A stretch of 64,000 nucleotides of DNA from the human T2T-CHM13v2.0 reference genome, Homo sapiens. This document shows positions 11,201-25,849 of this stretch, piece after piece. The translations under genes and the position numbers were made by a program. The notes beneath the pieces are model-generated. The model had not been told where the DNA came from, did no database searches, and was given only the letters and a program-made list of their open reading frames with translations. Every line of letters starts with the position of its first letter. Within the stretch, counting starts at the first letter, position 1. Where the stretch lies: NCBI RefSeq assembly GCF_009914755.1, contig NC_060930.1; one strand, given 5' to 3'.

Positions 11201-13165
11201 ACATGCTTTTATGTACACGGCGTCTGGTTGGGATGTGGGGAATGCAGTGTTGTATTGGGGAGCAAAGGACTTTCTAAGGCCAAGCTGTTGAGGAAGGATC
11301 TATGCACCTGACCTCATTTGATTTAACCAGTGGGCAACTGGCCAGAGAGAGACTGGAACCACCCAAGTCATCTCCAAATTTAAAGGTACCTGGAAAAGTC
11401 ACTCGGCTTCTCCTTGCCTGTGGATGGGTGGGGTGGGGTCTGCACATCAGCTTAGGGCGACCTGTCAGGACGTTGCGAGGTCCCTGGGGTCTCATGTCAG
11501 TGGGGAGGTTTTCCCTGAGACCTAACTTCCTCCACTAAAGATCATTCCATTCTTCCAGGTTGGCACCCTATGGATTGGAAGAATCACAAGATGGGAAATG
11601 CCAGTGAATGAATAGGTGCTTATGTCCCTTTTGGTCTCACTGGAATCACAATTTCCATGGTGTCCCTCAGAGACCACAGACCCCGTTGGGAAGAAAAGAA
11701 GGTTAATTTAACATGATTTATTCTCTGTAAACCCATTCTTGCTCCATGCAATCCCTAGTCTCTTTCCTGATACTCATTCCTCTAAGGAGAGGACAGAAGC
11801 CACCTGACCCTAAACCCTCAGCCTGGCATTGCTGAGGCCAGGGAGGCTTCGTGTAGGATCCTCTCCCCTGGGAACCTGCCTGTGTGTTTAAATGCTGGGT
11901 CTCCTTCTTTGCAAATTGTCAGTCTTTACAATTTGTTACAGGCATGGTAATATACAAATGTGTGTGTGTGTGTGTGTATTGAGGAATCTGGCATTTAGGG
12001 TCAGCTTCCAGTCTGAGGTCAACAGCACCCCAGACCCAGCTTGGGACCGCAGAGCAGCTTAGTTTGAGGCTCAAGGTCAGCATCCCAGAAACTCTGGCCT
12101 GAAGACATGGGCAAAAAAGCAGCTTCTCAGAGTCAAGAACATAAAACATCAGAGCTGAAGAAGTCTTAGTCAGTATCCAGCTCTTTCATTGCACAGTTGG
12201 GGAAACTGGGTTGCAGGTAAAGTGAAGGACTCACCTGAGGTCCCCCAACGAGCAGATGGCAAAGCCAGGCTGGGCAGGTGGTATCAGACTCCCAGGCCTG
12301 CCCTTGCTGGGTTCTCTGCCAGCAGACCTCTTTCAGCTGAGCACTAAGGGGTGGGGGCTTGGTCTGCAGCCCCAAAACAAGCCCGCATGCCTCCCTAAGT
12401 GTGGATGCCCAGGATGGGTGTTGCTGCAGCTGCTGCCCCCACAGCCCGGATGGCTGCCGGCTCAGGCAGGACCCCCAGAGGCCAGGGTGGACGAGGGGAT
12501 ACACAGGGCCCCCTCTCAGCGTGCCCAGATTTGTCTCCCGCCTGCTTTTAATTGCATGTAATAATCAGCAGAAGAACCGAGTCAATCCCTGGCTCCTTTC
12601 TTCTGATTCCCTTTTCCAGACATGGGGAGAAGGGGCAGGTGGAGGCATCCGCCTTCCCAGAAGTCAGCCTAATCTCTGCCTGTCTTGAGAAAGATAATGA
12701 GGATTGCTCTGAAGGGTGGGGACAGGGGCTTGCTTGCTTCTTTGGCAGGGCACGGAATTTCTGAGAAGCCCTTCCCCCAAGATGCCAAGCCCCAAGTCCA
12801 ACTGCCAGGGCTCAGGGAAAGAGGAACCTGGGGAACTAGGCATGGAAAAGGGAAAACCCTTGGGGCGGAGATATGATGTGTCACTCAGTGCTTCCTCATT
12901 GCCCTCCAGATAGGTAGGCTTCATTCCAGCCTCCCCACCTTTGCTTATGCCCTTCGTTCTGCTGGGAACTCCATCTGCATTCCTGTCTGCCTGCTCCAAC
13001 CCTGCCCATCTTGAATACCCCAGCTCAATCCAACTCCTCAAGAAGCTTCTGTGGCTGTTCCATCCTAGTGAGCTTTCTCCTCCCACGACCCTCAATGGCT
13101 GGGATAGAAGTTGCTCAATAGATTCTCATTAATTAGAATTTATTGATCACCTATTACATGTCAGT

Positions 13166-13500
13166 GTCTTGGGCTGGTTTCCTCTGAAATAAGGACTTGA
13201 GCATTAACAGTTTATTTGGAAGATTTCCATAAAACACCAGTAAAGGAGTAGAGAAGTGAGGCAGGAAAGAGAAAGAAGCCAATAAAATAAATGCCTGCTA
13301 CTGAGTAGGTGACTGCTGTATGCAACTGGGGACCTTTGGGTAACTCATCTCAAAGTTACCCACCCAGCGGGCAAGGGAGCTAGCGTATTAGCCATGAAAT
13401 CATGTAGCCATTGGTTGAGAGATCCTAGGGAAGTGGGTGTCAATTCCCTGGCACTTCTGACCTGCCCTGTATGGGAATCCAAACGGGCTCAAAGTGTCAG
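13166..13500 (-). mobile_element. ERVL LTR fragment (LTR16/LTR33-like), nested in L2
   Basis: TGTCTTGGGCTGGTTTCC...AGTTTATTTGG...GAAGCCAATAAA...GGGCAAGGGAGCT...CCATTGGTTGAG. Confidence 0.55.
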
Positions 13501-13539
13501 AATGGTGGGTGCTGAGCGGACATGGGTGGATATATCCGT

Positions 13540-14010
13540 GTCTGCATATGCTGATAGCTGAGGATACAAAGATGAACAAAGCAATCCCCTGCCTTTCAGG
13601 AGTTGTACAATCAAGTCAGGGAGGCAGAGGGTTAAACACATTGTTCCAGGGCAGCACAGTACATTCCAGAATAGAGGTACAGTACATCCTCACTTAACAT
13701 CATCAATAGGTCCTTGGAAATTGCAACTTTAAGTGAAATTACGTATAATAAAATGAATTTTTTTCTCACTTAAAAACAATGTTGAATGAAATGACATTAT
13801 TTGAGGACCCGCTGTCTGTCATTTTGTTTAAAGTCAGTACTGTCTTCATAGTGGGCTGTGGGAGTTTAGGGGTGGGACACTTGACCAGCCTGGAATTCAG
13901 GGAAGAAATCCTGGAGAAGAGTGGAGTTTTGAAGGCAAATCATTGCCACTGTGAAAAGTGGCAGCAGGACATTCTACTTAGAGGGAACAGCATGGGCGAA
14001 GTCACCATGT
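13540..14010 (-). mobile_element. L2 fragment, interrupted by a Tigger MITE
   Basis: GGATACAAAGATGAACAAAGCAATCCCCTGCCTTTCAGGAG; AGAGGGAACAGCATGGGCGAAG. Confidence 0.65.
13680..13842. mobile_element. TcMar-Tigger MITE (MER6B-like)
   Basis: TA-CAGTACATCCTCACTTAAC...GACATTATTTGAGGACCCGCTG, with imperfect terminal inverted repeats. Confidence 0.65.
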
Positions 14011-15688
14011 GGGGTGGGGGGTGCTCTGAGCCTGCTGTCAGCTGACATGGCCAGCTCTGCTACCATCTCCATCCCAGCATAAGGGTCAGCTCAAGTTCAA
14101 AATAATTTTGAGATAGCAACTAATCTTAACTGTTAACCAGGGAGGACTGGCTGATGTTGAATTTGCAAACACAGGAAGATTTGCTCATTTACTGAGCTTA
14201 GTTAGAAATGTGTCACCCGCACTCTTTAAGTAAATCAACAGTCTCCACACTGTATCCACATTTGGGAAGACATTGGAACCTCACTTTTATTCTTTCTTTT
14301 GTCCTTTATAATGTACATAATTTATTAGTATGGTAGCACATATTGTATATCTTATATACATGTAGGGGCATATGTCACAGATTTTCTGTGGATAGAGGTA
14401 TATAATCAAAAGAATTGGGAGCCTACTGAAGTGGGTGATGGCTGAGGTAAGCTTGGGATATGCTTTAGAAAGAAGGTTCTAAACCCAGCTCCCCTACCCC
14501 ATCCCTACTGGCAAGAGGTTAAGGTTGGGCTTTCTCTCTAGTGGCATCCCTGCTTGCTTGTTGTGCCATGTGAACATAGGCCATTTGAGGGCCAGGTTTG
14601 GGCTGCAGCTGTGGAATAGGCTTCTTTCTCCCTCCTCAGGCCCACTGACCCACCCAGGGGCTTGAGTCTTCTTTGGTAGAGGCGGCCTCCGTTTGGAGCC
14701 GTTTCCATGGTTATGAGGCAGGAGCTATCACTTGCTCTTTCTGTCCCTTGCCTCTGACTCTGATGGGTCTGCTCTGGGCTCCCTCCTGTCTGGTCTGAGG
14801 TCTCCAGGCCTGGTACAGGCCCTGCGCTCACACTTTCTGGCTGACTTACAGCTTCTCCAGCCACACTCCAGCCCCTGCCACTCACTCCTGGCCTGGCCCC
14901 ATGGTCAGAGCTACTGTCAGTCACTAATTATCTTAGTCATCTTTCCATCTATGCTTGTTGAGCTAATGGAGAAGACAAACAGAAATCTCAGCAAATGTGG
15001 AAAATTCCTGCTGACAAGGCAAGGGGCCCTGGCCCAGGTTTGGTGAGATTAGACTTTCCCCAGTGAGGCTGCAGGGACGGCCCCCCAGTTTTGAACAGTT
15101 TAATTGGGAAGTGGCGGGCAGCCTTCCTGGTCAGTGCTGTGCCCCCTGGTTGGCAGTCCATCTTATCAAACACAGAGCAGGGCTTAACTCAGGGTGGGAG
15201 CGCTGGGGAACGGGGGCCACAGAGCCAGGTCTTCGTGGTATCATTATTCAGGCAGCCCCAGGGCTGTCTCTCCAGTTGGGATTCTTGGTTCTGGGGTCCT
15301 CCCGCCCCAACCAAGGATGCCCAGCTGGCCAAGTCAGCTGAACGGGAGGGTGAGGCCTGGGCTGCATGCTCTCTCACACCTGAGGCCTGTTAATAATTAC
15401 CCCTGGGGAGGGCAAGGCCCCAGCAGACATCACTAATGAGCCTGCTAAGTGACAGCTGGGCCCTTTCCCCCTCACCTGCTCAGGAAAACAAGATCCGACC
15501 AAGGAATTATTTAACCCTTTTTGGGCTGGGCGCTCCCTGAGGACAGGGTTGTGCCTTCCCCTCAGACTGGGGCTTCCTGAGTCCCTGGAGCCTTCTCCAT
15601 TGTCAGCACAAGACTTCTTCTATTTCTGTTGTCAGTGCTTGCATTTCTGCTCAATGGAAGGCTGCTCTGTTTAGTGTCAGCTCTAAGC

Positions 15689-16105
15689 AGTGCTGTCCGC
15701 TAGAACATTCTGTGATGGTGGAAATGTTCTCGAGCCGCACTGTGGAAAACAGTAGCCACTAGCCACACGCGGGTACCGAGCACTTAAACTATGCATCTGA
15801 TTTACGGTAGTTTTAAAACCCAATTTTAGTTAATTTAGATTATTTATGAATGAGACAGGGTCTCACTCTGTGGCCCAGGCTGGAGTGCAGTGGTGCAGTC
15901 TCGGCTCACTGAAGCCTCGACTTTCCAGACCTAAGCCATTCCCCCACCTCAGCCTCCTGAGTAGCTGGAACTACAGGCACACGCCACTACGCCTGGCTAA
16001 TTTAAGAAAATTTTTTTGTAGAGGTAGGGTTTCACAACATTGTTCAAGCTGATAATTTAGATTTAAATGGCCACATGTGGCTAGTGGCTCCCATACTCCG
16101 TGGTG
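15689..16105. mobile_element. MER3 (hAT-Charlie), split by a truncated Alu
   Basis: CAGTGCTGTCC...GATGGTGGAAATGTTCT...GTAGCCACTAGCCACA; resumes with TTTAAATGGCCACATGTGGCTAGTGGCT. Confidence 0.8.
15842..16052 (-). mobile_element. 5'-truncated AluJ (right arm plus part of left arm)
   Basis: GAGACAGGGTCTCACTCTGTGGCCCAGGCTGGAGTGCAG; TSD TAATTTAGATT on both sides. Confidence 0.85.
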
Positions 16106-17906
16106 AGGTCTATAATGTTTCACAAGGGAGGCCTTGAACGGGTGGTGAACAGATTTATGCAAAACAACCCTCTAAACTGCAATCCCATTGGTAGGTCAGA
16201 GCCCATTTTCTCACCCTTGCAGGCTTGAAGGGGCCCAAGGTTATTTTCCTTGGAGATGGCTCCTGGAAGCCTGGGTGGGTTTCCTCACTACCTCCCTACA
16301 AAAGCCCCTAGGTGGCTGAGGGGCCCAGAGGAACAGGGATCTGGCTAGAAAGCACCTGTTCTTAACAAGGGTCCCCAGCAGCCAGGCAGCCCTCCCTCCA
16401 CAGGGCACGGGGCTGTCGCTGCCTGAATGAGGGAGATTTATGGAAAATCCCCTCACACAACAGGCGGATTTTCCAAGCCTCATTGGTTGTTCTGGTCTGA
16501 GCCTTCATTAAGGGGAACAGGGGACAATGGAGGAGGTAGGGGTGAGGCCCTGGGTCCATTCAGCTCTCTATCCTTTGGCACTGGGAACTCCATCAAGGCC
16601 CCCCCAACCCTTTCCTGGCTTGAGGAAAGGTCACACTCTCTCCCCTTTCAATAGTAATAAAAGGCCCCAAATATCCAGCAAAGTCAGACTCGGCCTTTGA
16701 GGAATATCTTTCTTGCATTTTAAAAGATTTCCAGAAGAGATATTCTTTGGTTTTGCTTTACAATCCTCTGTGCCTTGTAATGCACGGTCTTGGAAGTTCC
16801 TCCCTACAGCTAACCTAATTTTATTACGCTTTAGGCCTGCCTCAGTAGGACTTCTCCTTTAAAGTTACGGCAACATTTCAAAGTAGCAAGATCAATTGTG
16901 TGACTTCCCAATAAAAATCCTTGATTGGAAGGAGAAACCACTGGCTACTAGAGCTGGAGGGACCCTAGAGATTTGCAGTCCGTTCCTCACTGCGCATTCA
17001 GAGAGTGTACCGCCCAAGCAGGTGGTGCCACACTTAGAGCCAGAATTCATGCTCCAGGTGGTACCCACCTGTATACCAGCTGCCTCTGCTGCAGCACAGT
17101 CACATAGAGATCCAGAGACCCATTGAGACAACCCTTCCAGAGGAAAGAGCACTGCTTGACCCAGGGGAATGGATTTCTAAGAGTGAATATTAGGTCTCAT
17201 CCCAAAGGCTTTTTGTCTTAAAGCCCCTTCCAGAAAGTACTCAGTATGTAGTAAGGAGATCAGTGGGAGTGTCTTAGAGGTAAGACCGAGAGTGGCCCTT
17301 TGAAGGTGGCGAGGGAAGAGAAGGGTGAGGCATTCCCAGGGTTGCAAAGACTCAGGAGGGCTATGGCAGGGGCCTGGGGCGCTTCCCCTGTGTTGGGGAT
17401 GTGACTGAGGCTGGGCATTGCTCACTGAGTAGAGTCGATGAGTACAGCCAGTTCCCTATAATGGTGGGTGTCCAGGTCCTGGGAGGTGACTCGCCTTGTC
17501 GAGGGAAACTGGTGGGAGCAGGAGGTGTTTATGGTTTTCCCTCTCCTGGGGGCAGCTGGAGTGAGCCAAGTTTACAGTTGCCCAGAACTCTATAAACACA
17601 CTTGGTGAGCATGTGTGCGTATGTGAGTGCCTGTGCGGGTGAGTGTCCCCTGACATCTGACTGTCACCCCTGCTGGGCGGCCCTGACCTTCCTGACCTTG
17701 TGAGAAAGGAGAGAAGATGCTAAGCTGAGTGACTTTGCTCTCTTGGGCCTGGTGACACCTACTGAAGGGGTCCGTAAGCCTGGGCTATGTGGGACCCTGG
17801 GGGCCCTGTAGGCTTCCTTGGGAGGAAGGCCTTGAGGGGATCCTGGAGAGTCGGTGTGGGGAGGAGGAAGGGCATTCCAGGCCTGGGGAACTGCAGGAGC
17901 AAGGAG

Positions 17907-17940
17907 GTGTGTGTGTGTGTGTGTGTGTGAAAGAGAGAGA
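17907..17940 (+). repeat. (TG)n followed by short (GA)n microsatellite
   Basis: About 11 TG units. Confidence 0.9.
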
Positions 17941-18129
17941 TCGGAGCAGGAAAGGGCGAGCCTTACAAGAAAGAGAAACTTTGGGGAAGCCTTTAGATCT
18001 GACCTGATAGTTCGTAGAGACATATTGAAACCCTGTCTGGCACACAGGCCCCACGTGCTTATTATCATTAGTAATTATGACACGACACAGAGGTATTCCC
18101 TGGTTTGGTGACTGGGTAGCCTGAGCCCT

Positions 18130-18325
18130 CCATATTCTGGCCAGTGCTGAACATGGCTGGCATTAGGGATAGCTTGTGGTCTCAATTAGGGGCCAGCAGT
18201 GGCCAGGGTTAGGGGTCAAGTGGTAGCCAGGGTAAAGCAAGCTTGTAGTCAAGATAAAGGGTCAGCTGTGGTTATGACTGGCTGTTGATAAGTGGTTGGG
18301 GCTAGAGGTCAGATACTGACAAGGA
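18130..18325 (+). repeat. Highly degenerate ~22-24 bp tandem repeat (GGTCAGCTGTGGCCAGGGTTAG-like)
   Basis: GGGGCCAGCAGTGGCCAGGGTTAG / GGGTCAAGTGGTAGCCAGGGTAAA / GGGTCAGCTGTGG; resembles the array at 34015-34420. Confidence 0.45.
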
Positions 18326-18689
18326 ACAGTTTTCTATGTATGATGCTAACTGCTCTGGAAGCAGCTCACCTTATCTCGGAGGCATAATGAAGAGGCAGGA
18401 GCATTTGTCTGAGAACTAAGAAGACTTGGGTGTTAGCCCTTGTTCTACTCACTTATTCGCTGGGTGAGTTGCTTCACTTCTTTGAACGTCAGTCTTCCCT
18501 CTGCGGGAAAGTAACAATGCATGCCCTCCTGCCTTACAGTATGTGAGGTATTTGTTTCTCGGTATCCTATTATTAAGTGTGATTAAATAATCATTAATAG
18601 CAACACAGCCTTTCCAATCTCACCCTGCCAGGCCTGTAGGTAAACCCTCAGTGTTGGCTGAGGGTAGGTTGGGGGAGTGGTTAAATAAT

Positions 18690-19165
18690 GGTCCACAGAC
18701 TTGGCCACTCATTGGAATTACCTGGACATTTACAAGAGCATACTGATGCCTGACTTACTCCAACCCTCCTGCATTCTGAATTAATTTATATGGGGTGACC
18801 AGGGCATCAGATGTTTTTTTAGACAAGGTCTCAGTCTGTCCCCCAGGCTGGAGTGCAGTGGCACGATCACGGCTCACTACAGGCTCGACCTCTTGGGTTC
18901 AATTCTCCCACCTTAGCCTCCCAAGTAGCACCAAGGACTATAGGTGCATGCCACTATACCCGGCTAATTTTTAAATTTTTAATAGAGACAAGGTCTCACT
19001 CTATTGCCTAGGCTGGTTTTAAACTCCTGAGCTCAAGCCATCTTCCCATCTTGGCCTCCCAAAGTGCTGAGATTACAGGTGTGAGCCACTGTGCCCAGCC
19101 ATGCATCAGAATTATTGAAAGTTCCCCAGGTGATTCTAATGGGCAGCCAAGTTTGAAAACCACTG
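18690..19165. mobile_element. MER5A, split by an AluJ
   Basis: TTGGAATTACCTGG...TACTGATGCCTG; AAAGTTCCCCAGGTGATTCTAAT...CAGCCAAGTTTGAAAACCACTG. Confidence 0.8.
18814..19100 (-). mobile_element. AluJ
   Basis: Antisense Alu, CACGGCTCACTACAG, CTGAGCTCAAGCCATC; TSD GCATCAGA. Confidence 0.92.
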
Positions 19166-21392
19166 GGTAAAAGCCAGTACAAATGAACTAAAGAGAATGA
19201 GTCTTTAAGCAGCAACCTGAGCTGTAGATAAACCAACCAGCTGAATCCATGCCCCATTTCTGTGGGGAGCTGAGATGGGACAGCAGCAAGAGGCTTGGGG
19301 AGAACTTTCTCACTTAACCCTCTCCATACCTCTGTGTCTTCATTTGTCAAATGGGGTTATCTTTATACTTACCTCACAAAGGTTGTACTTTATAATAATC
19401 AGCCCCAGCCAGCCAAGAGATGTTGACTGAATATTGGGGACTGGAGTGGAGAAAGCAAGGTCCCTGGAACTTCCCTTCAGCGCTGCCTTACCCGAACTTT
19501 TTGAGGATAGTCTGAAGCCTGGGGATGGACAACATGACCTTGATGAACCTGGAATCTCCTGGCCCTGAAGAGGATCTTTGGCATATATGTCCCCTGTTTC
19601 AAACATCGTCCCCCTCAAATGCACTCACATTCATTTCATCACGTCTTTCATTTTTTTGTTCATTTCAGAAAATACCATCCCCATACTAACCTGTAGGACA
19701 GGTGGGGGATGGGGAGATGGAGTTCCATCACCTCTGGCTCTTTCCAGGGTTGGGATGGGATGTTATGGAGCCCCTGGAAGCTTCAGCTGAGGGTTGGGGG
19801 CAGCTCCTGGCCAGGTTTCCAGTGTCTTGGTCCTCCGGGGAAAATGAAGTTTTCTTTTGTGGTCTGTGTGTCTTTAAGACTTGAAGGCTGTGGGGACCTG
19901 ACTGGGGAAAATTCCAACCAGTGGGTTCCTTTGAAATGGAAGTGACATCTAGTGGTCTGAAAAAGAACTGCCAAGTTGACCCCCCCCAGCCCCAGGCTGC
20001 CCCTGGGGTCCCTTCCCTGGCCCCAGGTCACTTTCCTGCTGGGCCACAACCCTGCTTGAGGGCAGTCTAAGTAAGTCCTGACAGTGGGCTCTTGGTGGCA
20101 GGGTGACTCTCTTGGCCCTGCCCAGGCTGGAACCCAGGCCAGGTACCTGCACTCAGGTCCAGACACAGAGAGGCCAGGCCCAGGGCAGCCAGAAGAGGCC
20201 CAAATATGCCAGGGCTGCAACATCGCGTCCCCAGGTGAGGTGGAATCCTTGGGTCTCGTGTCTGTTGATTCTGAGGAGCCCTGTCCTGAGTCTTCCACAG
20301 AAGTCAGAGTGCTGTGCAGGCCTCAGTGCTGAATCATCCTGTGGCCAGGCTGCTGTTATGCAATAATCCCGCCGTGGGTCCACTGGTGTCAGCGGCTGGC
20401 CTTCAGCCTCCCCTTCAGGGAGGCAAGGGGCTTTGGGCGGTGCATGTGCCCAGACTTGGGATGTGTGAAATGACGGCCTGCTCAAACACCTGGCCTTGGA
20501 ACCAAAAGGGAGGGTGGGAGGAGGGGACAGTGCCCAGTCGCTTGTTCTCTAAGGTTCCTGACTTGAGGAGCCCCAGTCTGAGGGGGAGACATAGCCCTGC
20601 CCTCAGGGAACCCCAGAGATCCCTGATGAGGGCGGGAGCAGGAAGGAAAAACACACGAGTGGAACAGACCTGATGACCCCTGCAAAGCGCCAGAAAAGCC
20701 AGAGCAGATGATTTTAGGACAGCAGGGCCCCAGGGGCTGTGCTGGGAACGGGGCAAGTGACTGGCACTGGGATTGAGTGGCTGCTAGTGCTCAGGGGAGG
20801 CAATGCCTTTAATGATGGCAGGGGACCTGTCCCCTGTCCTCCATGTGTGTATACCTGGGTTTTTCCCCAGCACCTGGTTCACAGGATGAGAGGCCTCAGT
20901 CCATCTCAGACACTAAGCCCCATGGCACCAGGGCCTGGGCAGGTAATAAAAGAGACTCAGCAGGACTGGGAGGGCTTGCTGGCATTGTTCGGACACTTGG
21001 CATGCATCTGTTTCTTTCCTCTCTGCTGTGGTCCTCACTGGCAGCTGGGTGGAGAGAGAACCCACTTGGGAGGCAAGAGCCCTGTGGGCCACCTCAGCCC
21101 TGTCTCTGCCCTACCCCACCCCTGAGCGAGGCACAGCTGCCTCTGGCCTTACTTATGGTTCTGGAAGCTTCCTTGGGCCCCTTCTCTAAGACCCTTGGCT
21201 CAGGCACATCCTTCTGGGTTGGGAGGCGTCTCTTCCAGAAGGTGGGTGAGTTTGAAGATAGACTTCATGAAAATGCTATGCAATTGGCTTGCTTCTGAGA
21301 GATTTGAACAGCTAGCATTTTAACAATCTCCCAGAATTTATGAAGTAGAAAATACTTGTTTAGCATTGTCTTATTTTTAAATAATTAATTTT

Positions 21393-21702
21393 AGTTCAGG
21401 CGTGGAGGCTCACACCTATAATCCCAGCACTTTGGGAGGCCGAAGCAGGCAGACTGCTTGAGGTCAGGAGTTTGAGACCAGCCTGGCCAACATGGTGAAA
21501 CCCCATCTCTACTAAAAATACAAAAATTTTCTGGGAGTGTTGGCAGGCGCCTGTAATCCCAGCTACTGGGGAGGCTGAGGCATGAGAATAGCTTGAACCT
21601 GAGAGGCGGAGGTTGCTGTGAGCCGAGATGGCACCACTGCACTCCAGCCTGGGCGACAGAGTGAGACCTTATTTCCAAAAAATAAATAAATGAAATAAAT
21701 AA
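21393..21702 (+). mobile_element. AluS (Sx/Sz-like)
   Basis: Full dimeric Alu with (TAAA)n tail. Confidence 0.93.
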
Positions 21703-21849
21703 GAGATACTATATGGACACAGTGAAAAATGCAAGCGCAATAAGAATTAGGGAACCTAGGTGAAGGACATCAGCAGTTCTTATTTTTGCAACTTTTCTGT
21801 ATGCTTAAAAAAATAAAAAAGTAAAATAAATAAAAAGTTAAAAACAAAT

Positions 21850-22700
21850 TCAGACAGAAGTGTAAGCCTCTCTTCTAACCTTTCTTCTAGCCACTTACTC
21901 AGTCCTTCTCTTGGAGGCCCCTGAGTTACCAGTTTCCTGTGTATCCTTCTAAAGGTAGTCTAAAACATATACATTTATAAACTGTTTTCCTCCCACATGA
22001 ATGATGACTTTTCTCCACACCGTTCTGCAACTTTTTTCTCTCACTTAACAATAATCTGGAGACCATTTGGTGTGAGTGCACAGATAGCTGGCTCATTCTT
22101 TTTCTTCACTCCAGTTTATTCTACCAAACAGATGTTTCAAATGTTTATTTGGAAGAGATTGTATAATAAGGTGGTTAAGAGCATAGTCTTTGGAGGCAGA
22201 ATGCTCTCGTTCAAGCCAGTTGTTTAATGTTGAGCCAGTTACTCAATGTCTGAGTGACTCAGTTTCCTCATTTGTGATCCAAAGATAACAGCATCATCTA
22301 CCTTGAAGCATTTTGTGGAGATTCAATAAGATAAAGCTTGTAAATGGCTTAGGACAGTGCCTGGTGTGCAGTAAGCACTCAATAAGTGTTCGCTGCTCCT
22401 CCTGAGGTTATTTTGCCAGACCCTTTTTGAGAGAGCTGGGCTGTTTCCAGACTTTTATTATTATAAACAATGCTGCAAACAAATAGCCTTCCCCACACGT
22501 CATTTGCTCCTTGTGGGAGTGCATCAACAGGAAAAATTCCAGGGAGTAGAATTGCTGGGTCAAAGACCGTGTGCATTTTTAATTTTGAAAGATATCATCA
22601 GGTTGTCCCCCTTAAGGGGTGGTCCCAGTCACTGGGCCACCAGCTGAGTTTGAGCCTGTTTCCTCAGCCTCACCAACAGAGTGTGTGTTTCATTTGAACA
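21850..22700 (-). mobile_element. Old L1ME fragments with a nested MIR (+ strand, ~22160-22395)
   Basis: CCAGTTTCCTGTGTATCCTTC; TTATAAACAATGCTGC; GTAGAATTGCTGGGTCAAAG; MIR head GTGGTTAAGAGCATAG and tail GTAAGCACTCAATAA. Confidence 0.7.
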
Positions 22701-22908
22701 TATCATTTCTCAAATTTGTTTGGGCAGAGAAGTCTGTTATGGAGTTTCTTGGGGGATCATTTGGCCTTCAAGCCCCTCTCCCCTATACCTGCCTGAGTCT
22801 GTCAAGGAGTTTGTTGGGAGAAGCCAGCCCACCATATGGTCTAGACTGGTCTACAGCCAGCAAAAGGCTCCTGAAAGTCTCTGCTAAGGTCAGCTGCATA
22901 TTCCTTCA

Positions 22909-23274
<366 letters not shown>

Positions 23275-24047
23275 TTATACGTTGTTGGTGGCAGTCTCTT
23301 CTGGGGCCTGTTAGCATATTAAAACTATTGGTTAAATCTGATAATGCTTTAGGTTGTGCTTGTTTTTCACCATTTCATTCCTGAGCCAGGGGTTTGCAAT
23401 TTCTAATCACATTTTTAACATTATCTCACTCCTACAAAGGCACACAGACAATGCCAGTACTCAATTTGCTGTAATCATGGAAAGCCTGACTGCTCTACCT
23501 GGAATTAGACTTCCTGCTATGGATAACCTGTAAACCAACCTCCCTGCCTTCCCTTCGTGGAAAATTGAAGTTGATTATTAAAAAAAAAAAAAAAAAAAAA
23601 AGGTAGACTCTGTATTAAGAGGCCCTGTCATCTGAAAATGGAAACCTCACCAACACAAAATATATCAAAAGGATGAGTATTCTTTTTACAAAAAGAGTTC
23701 CTACTGAGTTAATTTTAGTGGATTTTTAGTAAAGCCTTTTTAGACAACTATAACAAGGCAGAGAGGACTGTTTGAAGGCGGCAGCTTTGAGCAGGAGAGC
23801 AGGCCTGATGTGTCTCACCAATTCTTAACTTCTGTTCACCCGCAGCTTGCTCACCCCTGATCTCATGCAGGACCGGGCTGGAATGATCCTTTGTGATTCA
23901 TTCTGATTTAGGGTGGCAGCCAAACTTTCTAGGACTTTTGCGGGCTCTGTGGGCTATCCTGCATCAAAGGCTCCAATGCCTCTTTCCTCTCCTCTGACCT
24001 TGCAGATCTGACAAATGCCAAGGACTTTGCCTACGCTGGATGTGTAG

Positions 24048-24477
<430 letters not shown>

Positions 24478-24499
24478 AGGTTTCTGTCTTCCCCCAATT

Positions 24500-25733
24500 G
24501 TTTAGTAAACTTTTTTTTCCCTCTAATTAAAAAACACACTGAGAAAACTGCACAAATCATAAGTAAATATTGCAGTGATCTTTTACCTGCAACACATCAT
24601 CTAGATCAAGAAATATAGCTTTGCCAGCTTCCTGTAACCCTTGCCTGGTGTCCCCTCCCAGTTGTCACTCCCATCAAAGGCAGGCATTCTTCTGCCTTCT
24701 ATTCCTGACAGTTAGTGTGGCCTGACTTTGGAACATTGTATAAATGGAATCACATTGGATGAACTTGATTGTTTCTGGTTTCTCTGGCTCACCATTTTGA
24801 AATTCACCCATGTCATGTGTGCGGTTCACTTATTCTCATTGTGGTATAGTGTCCCATTGTATGACTATGCAATTCTTAATCCATTCTACTGATAATCTTT
24901 GGGTTGTTGCTTGCTTAGGGCTGTGATGGATAATGCTGCTGTAACATTCTTATCTTTGCCTTGTGGTGTGCAAGTGTACACGTTTCTACTAAATACCTAG
25001 GAGTGAAATTACTGTGTCATAGACACTGCGAGTTTTCCAAAGTGGTTGTAGCAGCAGCATATGACAGTCCCAGCTTCTTCACGTCCTCACCAACACCATT
25101 GTCAGTGGTTTCACTTTAATATCCTGGTGGCCAAAATTACCTTTCTAAACCATAGATCCTTTGATCTCTTTCCTGCTTTGAGCTTCCTAAAATTTCCCCA
25201 ACATTTTAGCATGAAAACTTCTACAGAAAAGTTGAAAAAAATTTTACAGTGATCACCCATATCATCACCAAACATATAATATAATCACATCATCCACATC
25301 TTGTTATAATCACTTTTTCACATGTCTAGCTAGCTAGCCTTCCATCAGCCATCTTCTTTTTTCATTGTCAGTGCCTCTTTATGAAGGTAAAATTGACATA
25401 CCAGAACATATCCTCATTTTAGGCACACATTTCATGATTTAAGTAAATTTATACAGTTGTGCAACCATCAGCATAATCTAGTTTTAGAACACTTCTGTTA
25501 CCCTAAGCACGTTCTCCTCATACCGTTTGTCGTCAATCCCTACCACGGCTACCAGTCTCAGGCAGCTACTAATCTATCTGCTTTTTTTCTGTGTAATTTT
25601 GCCTTTTCCAGAAAGTCTTTATAGATAGAAGTATACAATGTATAGTCTCTTCTGTTTGGCTTCTTTCATTAGAATGGTGCTTTTGAGATTCATCTATGTT
25701 GTGGCATGTATCAGTAGGTTGTTTCTCTTTATT

Positions 25734-25734
<1 letters not shown>
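24500..25734 (-). mobile_element. Cluster of old L1M 3' fragments (L1MC/ME- and L1MB-like)
   Basis: ATAAATGGAATCAC; TTGAAATTCACCCATG; ATACAGTTGTGCAACCATCA; TTTTGAGATTCATCTATGTTGTGGCATGTATCAGTAG. Confidence 0.75.
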
Positions 25735-25849
<115 letters not shown>

